The notes below the pieces were generated by a model. The model searched no databases. It saw only the letters and a list, made by a program, of their open reading frames with translations, and was not told the DNA's origin. A stretch of 63,131 nt of DNA, filler included, from Pelomyxa schiedti (lineage: Eukaryota; Protista; Evosea): the NCBI GenBank assembly GCA_020536535.1. It is 6 parts of 6 records of this genome, joined end to end, with 100 filler letters (N's around TTAATTAATTAA, not from the genome) between each part and the next. Parts side by side here need not be neighbours in the genome. Positions count along the whole stretch, not along the records: positions 1 to 29,830 come from JAHLWZ010000438.1; positions 29,931 to 39,942 come from JAHLWZ010001279.1; positions 40,043 to 45,038 come from JAHLWZ010001536.1; 3 more parts are not named here. The stretch is one strand, 5' to 3'. How positions within the stretch are numbered: the stretch's first letter is position 1; every line of letters starts with the position of its first letter. The translations under genes and the position numbers were made by a program. Below, one piece after another: positions 23,728 through 40,059 of this stretch.

Positions 23728-26700
23728 TCACAGTTTGAACTCCACTACGTATTCCAGTTGCTGCTGAGCGAGGTCGTACACAACCCACTCGTTGTCAACA
23801 AAGTCAGAGGGCGATGTAGCGGTAGCGGCAACGCCATGGCACGAATCACAACCATTAGGCGGAGACGTGAGCGTGGGGCACACGTGGGTGTAGTCATGAG
23901 GGCGGCCAACATACACCCGGAACACAAGCATAAGCCATGTCTGTGCCACTGCTGTTGATGATGATGATGATGCTGTTGCTGTTGTTGTGGATGATGATGA
24001 TGATTTTGGTGTGGTTGTGGTTGTTGCTGTTGTTGTTGATGGGGATGTGGACTTGGTCTTGGTTGTGGTGGATTTGGGTTTCGTGGATTTGGTGGTTGAT
24101 GATGATGATGATGATGGTGATGGTTTTTTGATGGCGTATTTGGCGCTGGCGGCACAGGTGTCTCCAAAGTAGAGGCCGGCGCCGAGGTAGCCAAAGTCGG
24201 TGCGCTTGACTCCGCTGGAATTGGTCAGCATCACGGGGAGAAGCAGGCCGCGGGACAGAATCCCGAGGGTGTTTTCTGGCTTGGTTCCGTGAACTAGGTA
24301 TCTGAGCCCTGCCGGCTGCGGTGTGGATGCTGTTGCTGAGGATATGGCCGACGGTGGAATTCCGCGTTTGGAGCAGAACGCTTTGAACCGGCTGCGTTCT
24401 TCGCCGGTCCGGCTGATGGAGTACGCGGAGCAGATATTAATGCCGGCAAAGAGCGATGCCACGTTGGCTGGAAACTGCGGCGTGTTCGGTGCAACTGGTG
24501 TGATTGTACAGCCGAGAGCGGAATACATGCGGTCAACTTCGCTGGTTGAAGAGTTTCGGCACTTTACACTATTTACCTGGGGGTAGAGTTAGGTTTGTGG
24601 GTTGTTTAGAACAGTTCAAACCTTAATGATATCTTTCATCAACTGAAGAAGTTCAAGCTTCTCGTCTATGATGTGCTGGTTGTTCAGCACGGCTCTGGCT
24701 ATATCCTCTCGCTTATTTCCGAGTATGTGCGGAATCAAGGAATAAAATTCACTGGAGAGTGCTTCGATTTTCCGAGAGTTGAGCGGCTGTAGAAAGTTTG
24801 TCCAGGCTCACTTGCATTATTGTGCGTACCTGTTCCCCAATTAATTGGGACACTTCAGACAGAACTTGCTCTCCTCGTAGAACTTGGTCCAGAGAAACTA
24901 CACCAAGAGGTGTCTCGATGCCTTGCGTAGTAATCCTTGAAGAAACTGTTCTGGAAAGAGCATCACTTGCCTCAGAAAATATCCTCCTACACCGACGTCA
25001 GTGCTTCTTGGGAACAAAACAGTGACTACCTGATAAGTTGTTGAACAGATGTAGGTAGAGAACTAGTGGCCGTACTTGCCGCTCTCTCATCTGCCTGCTG
25101 AGCTTAGCAAACCAAACGGCGTCAAATGAAATACCTCTGCTCTCGGTTTTGACCCAATTCTAGAAGAAGCTGAAACAAGTTCGACTTTGTGGTACCCCTT
25201 TTCATCTGACAGTTTTTGTGAGAGGATATCCTCATAGAGAATCTAGCACGGTCTGCTGAGAAGCAAACAAGAATTACAGAGCTTACTTCGGCATCACTCA
25301 GATTATCAAAATAACGTGTCTCGCAAGTGCCCCGTTTGTTTGTACTCAGTTCGTCAGTTCTCCCATGTTGAGTGAAAATCCGATACATATACTTGCTATT
25401 TTCTGTGAGACAGAAATAAAAATAAAGTAAAGTTATGAGCATACTTAGAGTTAAAGCCCTCATTTGATACATGGAGTTCCTAGGAGTGATAAGAGATCAA
25501 AGGAAGTGAGTTATTACCATGCAGTAGAACTTATTAGTGTTCCCCGAGGCTTCCATTGCCTGCAAAACATCCATTTTGACAATGTCATATTCTGTTGCTG
25601 GAAAATTTGGTTCATTCTTCTCCCCGTAGCGCCATACAGTGGGTCGGTAAATAGCTTTCCTTGTAGGTCATCCAACAGTGATTGATGGTAGTAGAATTAT
25701 ACCTGCTCTTATAGCGGAAGGAATTGAAGGTGCATCTTCCTAAAAGACATGTTAAAAAAAAAAACTCTGAGTTTACAACCTCTGATACCACATGTTTCCG
25801 TGTAGCTGTTTGAGCTGACAGATCATACTTGCTTTCTGGAGCCCGTGTGCCTAATGCAATAGAATCTTCAACATATTTTGGGCTGGTTCAATTAACGGAA
25901 AAGGTATTTGAATCAGTCGGACAACTTTATAATGCTGAGGGATTGCCCACTGTGAATCAATGCCAAAGCCTGAGTCACTTTGGTTGACTTGCGGTCAATA
26001 TCTTGTTGGCATGCAATAAGATGAGTGCACTGCAATCAAGTCAGAAAGAAACGGTAGGTGTGTATACCTTGGAGGAGAAAGAATAAGAGATTTGCCCTCC
26101 ACCATCTTTAATATTCTTTGTGGAGTTGTTTTTTTCTTTAAATGGAACAGACTCCGAGAAACAGAAAATCATCCCACTGAAGAGCATTTTATTAACTTGA
26201 GGTCCAGCTGACTTAATATTTGCCAGTTCCGCAGTAAACCATTCTTCTGCTCTTTGTGTAATCAAATTTTCTACCTACAGGTGTTCGTACTTTCCAAGAG
26301 GGGTCTTAGAGGGAATTCACCTGGTCCCATGCTAAATGTGAATCTTGTAACTCTGCAGTGCTCTCTTTTCTTACATCACGCAAAATCCAGGAAATGAAAG
26401 CAGGTTTTGCCTCCAATGTCAACTCTACGAATTGGTCAAATTATTCGGGAAAAAAGAAAGGAATAGAAACCTGGGCAGGCTTCTGTGAGACCCTGAAGAA
26501 GACGGGGTCTTGTTACAAACATATCCACAAAATCAACTGGGCTGCTTGCACACAGGGTGGTAATTTGAATGCCCGGTTTACTTGTCTGTTTACGTTAGAT
26601 ATAAAACAATCTCTTGGCAACCTTAGTTGTGAGATGAGCTTCGCCCTTTGTCTTAAAGGAATAGAGTTCAAATAAATCCACTGGGATTCTTCCTGAAGAT

Positions 26701-27645
26701 TCAAAACTCACAGGATACCACACAACTCCTGTACGCAATCAGTGGCAGAAATGAGTATTGCAATCTCATACCTTCACCAGGACCTGATATATTGAACACA
26801 GAAAGCACCCAAGGGTCCTCTCTGTCAATAGAAGCTACCAAAGCATCCATTACTCCTACTGATGGGGAAAGTGTGTCGGCACTTTCATAGTTCAGCGTGA
26901 GAGTGTTGCTTAGATACTGCGGCATCCAAGGAATAACATGGAGGTCAGGGGGTGCATGGGGACCTGGAAAAGGATGAAAAAAAGTATCTTGAGGTCTTTG
27001 GGAAGTACCTATAAGAGACAATAGCTCATCAGGCTCAACGACCATTTCTCCATTAGATATGGCTCCAAATACTGCCCATATACAATTCTTCAATTTTCCA
27101 ATGGAAACACTGGTCTGGAGGTGTCTGTGTCAGAAAAGCTTCAAATCGTAATACAAGTGCTTACTCCTTTCTGAATCCCTGGACCAGCCCACTCCCCAAA
27201 TAACGTTATCTTGCCGAAGTGATGCAATGTAGAAGAAGCCAAGGATTCAAAAAAAGACTGGTTGGAATTCACCCAACCAGCAAATCCAGCTTTTTGGTTG
27301 TCAATGAAGACCTTTCAACATATTTATAAATGCAAGCCAAAACAAACATAATACTGTCATACTGTTCTGCTCTGAATTTGCAATCTCCCATCACTGTGAA
27401 TCGTCACTCCACAATTCATCCTAAGCGATTTCAAATGTCAAAAAATCGCAACTCCATAATTTGCACCATTACCCGTGCAGTTTAATCTTTGACTTGTACT
27501 GCACTACGAGATCCCTGCGTTCTTTTGAAGACGATAGATTCCTCGTGACATTATGCAACAGCCCAATCGAGGGCCATGTGACAAACCCATAACTTGTACT
27601 GTCCCCACTACCGCTGTCACCATCCGTTGCCCCCGACGTACTCAT
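23728..27645 (-). CDS. RNA ligase (Rnl2-like)-BRCT-WGR-PARP regulatory-PARP catalytic fusion protein (PARP4-like C-half)
   Basis: Exons 27473-27645, 27363-27420, 27165-27311, 26772-27114, 26622-26728, 26471-26585, 26321-26424 and 26068-26274 splice in frame. Ligase motifs: KIKLHGMN, QSR, FGEWAGPGIQKG, GEGVVWYP, FKTKG. These are followed by BRCT, WGR (NKFYCMEL...FTQHGR), regulatory (TPLG, FYSLIPH) and catalytic H-Y-E (HGT, LYFG, DNEWVVY) domains. Confidence 0.85.
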
Positions 27646-27711
27646 TGCGAACTTTGTTTTCGAAGATTGATTGCGGAAACAACCAAACAACGGAACAATT
27701 TTCAACAGAAA

Positions 27712-28748
27712 TCAAATTCTGTTCTGGAACCGCACAAGGGCAACCACAGGACAGCAGTTGGGAACGAATCTCAGTAAGATCTACATGGGAATTGATATCA
27801 ATCTCAGGACGACTGTGGTGATACAACACCCAGGCCTTTTTTGGCTGTTGAAAGGTAGTAGGATCGTGCGTCTCCAAGTGAAATCTGATAGTTGATAAGT
27901 GAGGTGTTGTTGTTTTGTTAAACAAGGAAGAGCACACCACTTCAGTGAGGACAATGTCCCCAGGCTTGAAAACTTTGGCTATTTCAACTTTATCAATTTC
28001 TGTTGCTCGAACATCTTGCATTCTTTGGTGAAGTCAATTAAATACGTGCGGTCGGACTTGCCGTAGCCATTTATACCTTATTATTCCAGCATAATTCTCG
28101 CGAAGAGGTTTATCGGCCACACACAGGATACTGGCTACTGCTCGTAATGGTTGTATTTTTGTGATCTGATTGTGTGGTTGGCCAATTAAATTTGAAAATA
28201 TTAGACGCCGCACTCTGGCAGTCACAATGCTGCCGATAATAGGCACGACAGCGGCATCCGCTCGCCTTGATTCAACAAATAAGACGGGCTTAGCATCCCC
28301 TACAGCGGCCCTTTTCTATTTTGAAATAAATATTTCACCCACAGTATAGACACACATTACCTACTCCTCACATGATATATCTAGACATATATTAGCCCAC
28401 CCACCTTACACATACAGACACAGACACACAGACACACAGACACCAGGCAGCACACAGATATACCAGGCGAGTGATGCCAACCACGGACGCGTATATCACA
28501 CCACGCCTGATGTACGTCCCCTCCCCTGCCGTGTACTCATCCCCGCTCCCAACCACCTTCCCCGGCACAACAACATTGTCCGCCGTGGTGCCGGTCGACG
28601 ACGACGACGCCGATGTAGAACTAGTACCAGTTGGCATCGTGGTGGCGACGGTGGCTGTGTCCGCGCTCCTCCCTGTTGTTGCTGTGGCCCCCCTTGTGCT
28701 GCTGCTGCTGCTGTTGTTCCCGCCCCGCTTGTCTCCCCTTGTGCTCAT
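27712..28748 (-). CDS. CSL4: Exosome complex component Csl4
   Basis: VVVPG...AGEGTYIRRGVIYASVVG, PIIGSIVTARVTKI, GIIR.QDVRATEIDKVEI...FKPGDIV..EVISLGDARSYYLSTA. The 3' end is uncertain. Confidence 0.9.
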
Positions 28749-28929
28749 CGATATCGACAGGAACGCAATAGATAAGAGATCGGCATGTTCTGATTGGGGG
28801 AGGAGAAGAGCACGTGGAGTGTCGAGGGCGGAGCAGTAACCGAACCTTATTCCACACGGGGTGGTGGGCCCACCGTCTAGTAGTGCGGCGGTAACCACGA
28901 GACTTAAAAAGGGGACTACATCCACGACA

Positions 28930-29598
28930 ATGAACGGGGACAGCAGCGCCGCTACTACGGCTACCCCATCGGCTTCGCGGGTGGTGCTCAACGCCACCCC
29001 CTCCTTCGTGCTCAACAACCTGTCCGCCGTCCCGCACCCCGGCTGGCCGCCGTCGCCCCCTCCGTCGGCCGACGCGGCCGATCCTGCCTCCTCCTCCGCC
29101 GCCGCCACCACGACGACCTGCGCAGCAGTGTCTTCGGTTGTTCCGCAGGTTCCCGCGTCGCAATGCGGGACGTTGCTGGCCTACGCACACCGGGGCACCG
29201 TGCAGTTCGTGTGCTACACGGCGGGCCCCCCCGCCAGCAGCGGGGGCGGGGGCGCCACCACCACCACTACATCACAAGGGGGCGGCGGGGGGCCTGGGCC
29301 GCAGCACCAGCGGGCGACGTCGGGGTCGGCGTCTGTGTCACCGCGGCCCAGCACCCACCAGCAGACACAGGCACAAACACAGACACAGACGCAGGTGCAG
29401 GGAGTGGGGGGCACCGGCACGGGCACCAGCACTAGCGGTGTGGTGACACTGCTGCCTGTTGTGGCTGATGTGCCTGGGGGTGGCAGTGGGACTACTAATA
29501 CAAGGGGGAGCACTAGTGGTAGGGAGGGGGTGTACTGTATGCAGCTGGTGTGCGTGCCTCACGTGGCCCTGGTCCACTGCACATGTGGGGAAATCGGA
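28930..29598 (+). CDS. First exon of a probable WD40 protein, WDR54-like (truncated at the contig end)
   Basis: VVLNATPSFVLNNLSAV...LLAYAHRGTVQFV resembles the WDR54 N-terminus, with low-complexity inserts. GT donor at 29599. Confidence 0.4.
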
Positions 29599-29930
29599 GT
29601 ACGTAAATGGTTCTTTTTTTTTTTTTTTTTTTTTTTTTTGGGTGTTTTAGTTTTTGTTGGTTTGGCTTAAATTTAAAAATAAAGTCCCTGCTTATCATTC
29701 TGACTTGGTGTGTGATAGTTTTGTATCCAAGACAAGGCAAGCGGGCAATTTATTTGCAATTTTAACTTCCCAATTCCTGATCGATCAGGTGCGGAAATAC
29801 ATTCTCAACTTACTTATAATTTGAGTGTTCNNNNNNNNNNNNNNNNNNNNNNNNNNNNNNNNNNNNNNNNNNNNTTAATTAATTAANNNNNNNNNNNNNN
29901 NNNNNNNNNNNNNNNNNNNNNNNNNNNNNN

Positions 29931-32900
29931 GCACAACGACGGATTTCTCAGTTGCGTGCTTTAGAATGTAAGAGGTATCTGACAATTCCACAAAATATGT
30001 GCTTTGTCCCTTCTCTATATTATCCGCAGCACCCATTCTTTTTTTCCCCCCCACAAGATTAAAGCTGAATTAAAAAACAGAATAGAATAACCGTGTGTAT
30101 ACAGCATCACAGGGGCTGAGAATAGTATATTCTGCTGGAACAAATGATCCAATTTGAGCCATAATAACGATCAGTGCAACCTTTTTGGAAAATTTCGCTT
30201 TCTATTCGGTCAATGGAGGACTTACTTGTCTGGAGTAGGAGCTTTTTCCTCCCATATTTGGACCAGTGATGATAAGACATCTTCTGGTCCCATCCAGAGA
30301 AACGGAATTGGGTACAAAACTGTCGCTGAGTATAGCCTCAACAATTGGATTCCTTCCCTCGCGAATTTCCAGCTAAAGGAGTGAGGTTACATGCAAGGTT
30401 GGAAAATAGTTCTCACCGTTTGGATTTCTGTGAACTTGGGTCTGACATAACCAGTTTTTTGTGCAACAGCAGCGAGGCTGAAGAGGCAATCAAGCTTTGC
30501 CATGTGCAGTACTACTTCGTGAAGCTCCCCGTAGTGTTCTGACAACGTTCTGCATGCTTAAGCACATCAACTGTCACGATTATAGCAGGTGAACATACGA
30601 CAAAAATAGTAACCAGGCGGCTGCAGAGGCTGCATCAAGGTGTGCTTGCTGTTGAGCCCTGCGCTTCAAGGCCTCTTCCATAAAGGGTGTCCGCCAGCGG
30701 TTTACTTGCTTTGTGCTAGGATATGAAAATAAGAGGAGAAAACTTATTATATTTAGACAACCTGTTAACTTTGGTCCAATTTTTTGGAACAGCTATTTTG
30801 AGAGGCAGTTCAACAAGATACTAGAATTCGTCGGAAATGATAAATGGAAGCGCAAAAAGGTACCTCTTCTTTTGCCATGTGGGTATATTGCAACGAGGCC
30901 GACTTGACATCCTTGCGTATGGTGGTAAGGTGAGAGTTTAACTCTTGCTCGACTTCACTGATTCTCTTGAATCGAAATTAGTTATTGTAATTTTAAGAAG
31001 GATATTACATTTCTGGCTTTTTGAATATCGGGATACAAACTGGCATCCTTAAATAAAGTGGATATTTTGCCCTGTTTCAGAGCAACATCCACATCCAACT
31101 GTGACAAGAATTTGTCAATCTCTATTTGGAGTCAAATAACCCAGAAGATAAGAGGCGAAATGAATACTTTCTTCAAGATGTGCTATTGCCGGACAAGGGA
31201 ACAGTAATTCAGAACGTACTCCGTCACACTGTTCTGGCATTGGGAGAAGTTTGGAGATACTGGGCGTCGTTAACGAGTCTCAAAGAATTTGTTGGTCTAT
31301 AACTGTTTGAATCCCTGAAGTACATGCACTAATTCCAGTGGAGAACACTTTTTATATAATATTCTGCATATTCCACGTTCAATGTCACACAGTCCCGTTA
31401 GACAATTTCTCATCCCTGTTTTTCGTACATTAGAAGTGTAAATTGCCGGCAAATCAAAGTGTACTTTCGAAGAGTTGATTTCCTTGCATTTCCACAATTT
31501 CTTGAACTGCATCCAAGCGTTCATTTATTTGTCTACAGATATAAGTACTACTATTTTTACTGTACAGTAATGGACATAGCCGAACTTGGTGTTAAGCAGA
31601 GGTTGCGATACCCAGTGTCTGAACAGCCTCCGCCCAAATGCCGTTTTGGTGTTGTCCATCACTGCAAACAGGCTTCCTAGGATGATGTGGTTAGGAAACA
31701 ATTTTGTGCTGTTGAACTAACCTCGAGGTGTGCTGTCATCAGCATTGACAAGTATTTCAAGGTTCTGCAATATGTTATAACGTAAAAATGATGCCTTTTT
31801 TGTACCTTTAGTGTGCTCCCAGGTAAGAACATATGTGTGGCCGGAACAAACTGGCGCAAGTGAGTTGTTGTGTGTTCCAGCATAGACTGCAACCCAAATT
31901 CGATGAGGTGAGAAATAAGAGCACCTAGAGCACAAATGACCCCATGGGAGAGGCTCAAGATATGCTCCAGTTGCTGTGGGGATTTTTCTTTGTAGGTAAG
32001 TTGCAGGTGTTTGGAAGAGGTATTACGTACTTTCGAATAATGACTTGACAGTGTTCATTGCAGCACCATATTCAAATAATCTCTCTTCTTTTTGTTGCAC
32101 TCGCACACCTTGTAATTGGTAAATCTTTGAAAGAGCTATTCCAGGCTTGTTACCCCGCTTCTGGAACCTCTGCACTATCTTTAGAGTCGGTTCCGAAAGG
32201 GAGGTATGCAGTATTTCCGTGGGAGTAAGATGAGTCAGTGTTGTATCAAGAGTATTACGCAGGGAGTCATCGGTGTAGGTGTCATACAGTATTTCTCCAG
32301 TTGTTGCATCTACCACCTGCCCAAGGGGGTAGTTACATTTAGATGGCAGTTAGAGTCACACCACAAAAGAGATCAGCACTTGAGCGGGTGGGGGAGTTAA
32401 ATCGTGAGTTGGGCCACCCTGTAGAGTAGTCTCGAAAATGCAAAGTATGTAGTTAGAGACAGCTTCATCATCGAACTCATTATCAAGAGGATCAATTGCT
32501 ACAGGGTGTCATGGGGGAAGCTATGGGCTAGAATGTAGCTACCTGAGCCAACAAGTGTGCCTGGGGTGTAGACTTCTGTGAGGTCTCTGCTCAAAAATCG
32601 GTCGCTGCCTTCTTTCAGGACTGCCACCTCCGTTTGTTTCACCAGTCCCACTTTGTATCCTGCTTGAACAAGTCTTGTTGGCTGTGAGTGATGGCATCAG
32701 GAATCGATTGTTCACCTCCTGACGTGGAAATACAGCTTTTGAGTTGGCACACTTGCAACAAGGAAATTTTTTTCCAAATAGTGATAAATCTTCAGGACTC
32801 TGTTGGCAATCTGATCGGGACAGTTAACAATGCATCTGAGAATCCTTAAAAAACCTCAGCATCTTCACCATAGAACCTAGTAGATTGTTGGAACCATGCA

Positions 32901-34231
32901 TAGGGGATTTTTTCAGGTACTTGAAGCGGTAACCAACTTCAAAGAGTAAAAGGCAATCGGGATGGGCTTTTTTCATTGCAACTACTTGATGTTCCAGTGG
33001 CGTCAACTTAGTTGCCGATATTGCTGGACATGAGATATGACTAAAGAATTGGTAGGTGAAATTATGGTCCCTGTGGTGGAAATACCCAGTTGTGCCTTTT
33101 CCCCGCTCTGATGTCGATTGTACTTGTTGCCTGTCTTTACTCACGGAACTGAAAGAGAAGCTCTCTAGTCTCCTTGTTTCTGGTTTGGATGCCCCATCGT
33201 CATCTGGATGTTCATCATCGTCATGGTTTTCTTCGCTGTCCCCCATCTTGACAACCCCACCTTGCATTTTTTGTACAACTCTTGGCTTCTTTGGGGTTGG
33301 TGCACCAGCTTTCTCACCCCTGCTGCTCTGAACTTGGTTCCTGAGGCCTCCAGCGGCATTAGCTCTGGCACGCTTTCGCGGAACTGCTGGAGGGGGTGAC
33401 TGCAGCAGAGCTGCTGGTCCCTGTTAGATTATGATAAGTGGGTGCACTGGAAGTGTTCCTTCCTGTTTTCTAGGAATTGAGTGTAGTGGCAGGAGGGAGA
33501 AGGTGGGGTGGGGGTGAAGGGAACGGCACCTTTTTAGGCCCTGAATCCCCAGATGCCTTCACAGCGGCTTTCTTTGGTTTCTTTCCGCTAGTGTGGTTGG
33601 TGTCAGTGCCGTAGTCGTCGTCGTCGCAGCAGCAGCTGGCGTCGTCACTGTAACTCGAGTCACTCTGGGACGAACCAGCACTATAGCTACTGTCACTCCC
33701 ACTCCCACTCCCACTGCCACTTTCGCTCTCACTCTCCTCCCTGCCCCCGCCGCCCCCGCCGCCGCGGTGCACAACTCCCCTCCGAGAGTTGGTGGGGGCC
33801 GCGGGCCTCCCCCTGTTGCTGCTGCTGCTGGTTCCTCCCATCCCTGCTCCTCTCCCCCTTCCCCCGGGACCTGCTCCTCCTCCTCCTCGCCCACGCCCGT
33901 TGTTGGTGGTTCGCTGGCCCTGTTGGTGTTCCAGCTGGGCGTCGGCGGTTGTGTGTGGCTCGCGGTCTGCTGCTGCTGGGGCAACGGGGTGTGCCGACGA
34001 CGGGGAGGATGACGAGGAGGAGGAGGAAGGCGGCGACCTCCTAGCGGACCAGGGCACCCTCCCTGGGCCTCGTGGCGGTGGCGCTCCCCTGGGTGTTGTT
34101 GCTGCCGCCGCGGGGCTGTCGAAGTAGGGGGAAGACGGTGGGGCAGGGGGGAGGGCCAATCGTGGGATGGGGTCCCCACCGGTGGGTCCTTGTGCTGCGA
34201 AGAACCGCGAGAGCGACGTCTGTCGCGACAT
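29931..34231 (-). CDS. MSH3: DNA mismatch repair protein MutS homolog 3 (3'-partial at spacer)
   Basis: N-terminal PIP box QTSLSRFF; [75 protein letters not shown]. Confidence 0.9.
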
Positions 34232-34479
34232 CGAAAAAGGCAATAAAAAGGTAAGGGGTGAGCCAGATCACAATCATAAAAGAGAACAGGGAGTGCTGCA
34301 GCCGAAAGTGTTCCTTCAAAGATTGGTGACTGCCTCGCCCCCCACTGAGGAAGTTTCTTATCCGACATTTGAAGACAGAGAATTTTGGTGGCTGGAAGAT
34401 TATGGGGAGGTGACAGAGAACAAGGAAATATTATTAAACGGTTAGGCACCACTGTACATTTTGGTTTGTTGTGATTCAT

Positions 34480-35046
34480 TCATATCTTGGTGATGAGGGG
34501 ATTGTTGGGCAGGTCGTTGAAGTGATCACCTCTCTCAGCTGGTAGAAGTCTCGTGATTGATGAAATGCCTGTGTAGCTGCTGATGGGGCTGATGCCTTGG
34601 CTGACCTGTGTTTGCTCCACAAAAAGTTTATATCTCAGTATTTTGTAGCTGAATGCATAGGCCAGCATTTCTGTCAGCAGTGCCATTCCTAGCCACACCA
34701 GCAGAACATAAACACCAATGATTCCTGGTGTATCATCACCAGATGCACTGTGCCCTTCACACATTTCATGTGCTTTCTCTGATGGAACCCCAAGATAATC
34801 ACACCCTGCAAAGTTTGCTGCAATGGCCACATATGAGGCATATAGGATTGTGATTCCGTTCACAATCACAAAGGCAAGTGACAGACCCACGTTCACAAAG
34901 ATAACTGCAATAATGGCACACACTGGAGGAACTAGTACAACTACAGCTAGCCATCCAAAAAATGCAGTAGGTACCATAATAAACAACTGCGGAGACCAAA
35001 GTGGGTAATTAGAGTGGGAAACTGAAAAACAATTGGGGGGATTCAA
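34480..35046 (-). CDS. Hypothetical multi-pass membrane protein (upstream exons probable)
   Basis: A 188-aa ORF with three to four hydrophobic segments. Confidence 0.5.
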   Translation of the reverse strand: MNPPNCFSVSHSNYPLWSPQLFIMVPTAFFGWLAVVVLVPPVCAIIAVIFVNVGLSLAFVIVNGITILYASYVAIAANFAGCDYLGVPSEKAHEMCEGHSASGDDTPGIIGVYVLLVWLGMALLTEMLAYAFSYKILRYKLFVEQTQVSQGISPISSYTGISSITRLLPAERGDHFNDLPNNPLITKI

Positions 35047-35690
35047 ACCTGGATAATTGATGATAATCCAAACAATCTTCGGGAAGTTCTTATATCTATT
35101 GGAAGACCCAGAGTAGAGGCAGAGCGGGTTAGTATGACCATAGATGTATCCAATCCTTGTGGGTCTCCTTGCACTGATTAATGTTGGAAAAATTCTGTTT
35201 CTAACAATAATTTTTAATATTATTTGCTTAGGTAATATGGCAATATTGCCGGAAAGAAAATAGGTATTGTTATACCATTTGATGTATGTGGCATGCTAAA
35301 CCGTAAGTAGAAAATATTTCTGCGTTTAAAAGCCTTTCGGTTTCTGATGGAGTGAACTGTCAGTCCTATTTTTTTAAGTGGGGAAAACCAATAAGAATCA
35401 AAATAAATTCATATAACAAAGTGATAACAACACACCGGATAGGCTCACCAAGAACGCAGCTATGCAAATACATACAAATACATCAGTAGCAATTTCCACA
35501 GCCTATTATCCAATTACTATTAACCCACTTTGCCCTTTCCAACGAAATAACCTCGGACATTGCTCCCAGCCAACAAACAATTAAATCTCACACGAGCCCC
35601 ACCGGTGCACCTGCCCCGTGATGCGTTATTGATCGTTTTTTATGGAAATGATCACCGTCAATAATTTTCTGCTACTTGGTTTTCTTTGTT

Positions 35691-39373
<3,683 letters not shown>

Positions 39374-39739
39374 CAGATTCCTGGAAGGAAGTTTGGAAGA
39401 GTATCTACTGGCATCTACTGACAAAGCCGTGGTGACACAAGCTTTGATGGAGCATCTCGGGCTCAGTCTCTAGGGTCAGGGTGAAACCCTGTGTGGCTGG
39501 GGTGCACCAGATTGCATAAGGGCTGATAGTACTCTTTGCTTTGTGATAATTATTATTATTTTATGCAAAGTAACCTCGAAACTCCTCCTTATTCTATTAT
39601 TCTGCCTCCACATTCGTCTTTGCCGTAACAGATGAGACCACGGGTCTCGTTGGAAGGGAAAACCACCCCCAAAAATAGAACTATCACTTATAAGCACGAA
39701 CGTTACAAAGCTTGGTTACAAAGAAAAAAAACCCACGAC

Positions 39740-39942
39740 ATGAGCGGACGACGCACAAGCGCAAAGCACAAGCCCGAGGACCCAAAGGAAAAGAGCGCGC
39801 GGAGTGACCACGAGAGCGAGGGTGACGGCGCCGCGAGCGAGATACAGGCTCTCAAGGACGACGCACCCAGTGAAACACCGCCGACACCAGTGCCACAACG
39901 CACCAGGTGCAGCAGTGTGTGTGCCAGCGCTGAGAGGGATGC
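39740..39942 (+). CDS. 5' fragment of an unknown gene, cut by a spacer
   Basis: ATG after an A/C-rich leader, MSGRRTSAKHKPEDP..., open to the gap. Confidence 0.4.
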
Positions 39943-40059
39943 NNNNNNNNNNNNNNNNNNNNNNNNNNNNNNNNNNNNNNNNNNNNTTAATTAATTAANN
40001 NNNNNNNNNNNNNNNNNNNNNNNNNNNNNNNNNNNNNNNNNNTGGGGATGAGGATTTAC

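Noticed and set aside
29831-29930. TTAATTAATTAA flanked by Ns, repeated at 39943-40042, 45039-45138, 60757-60856 and 61956-62055
   Set aside because: An artificial six-frame-stop scaffolding spacer, not a biological repeat or CRISPR array.
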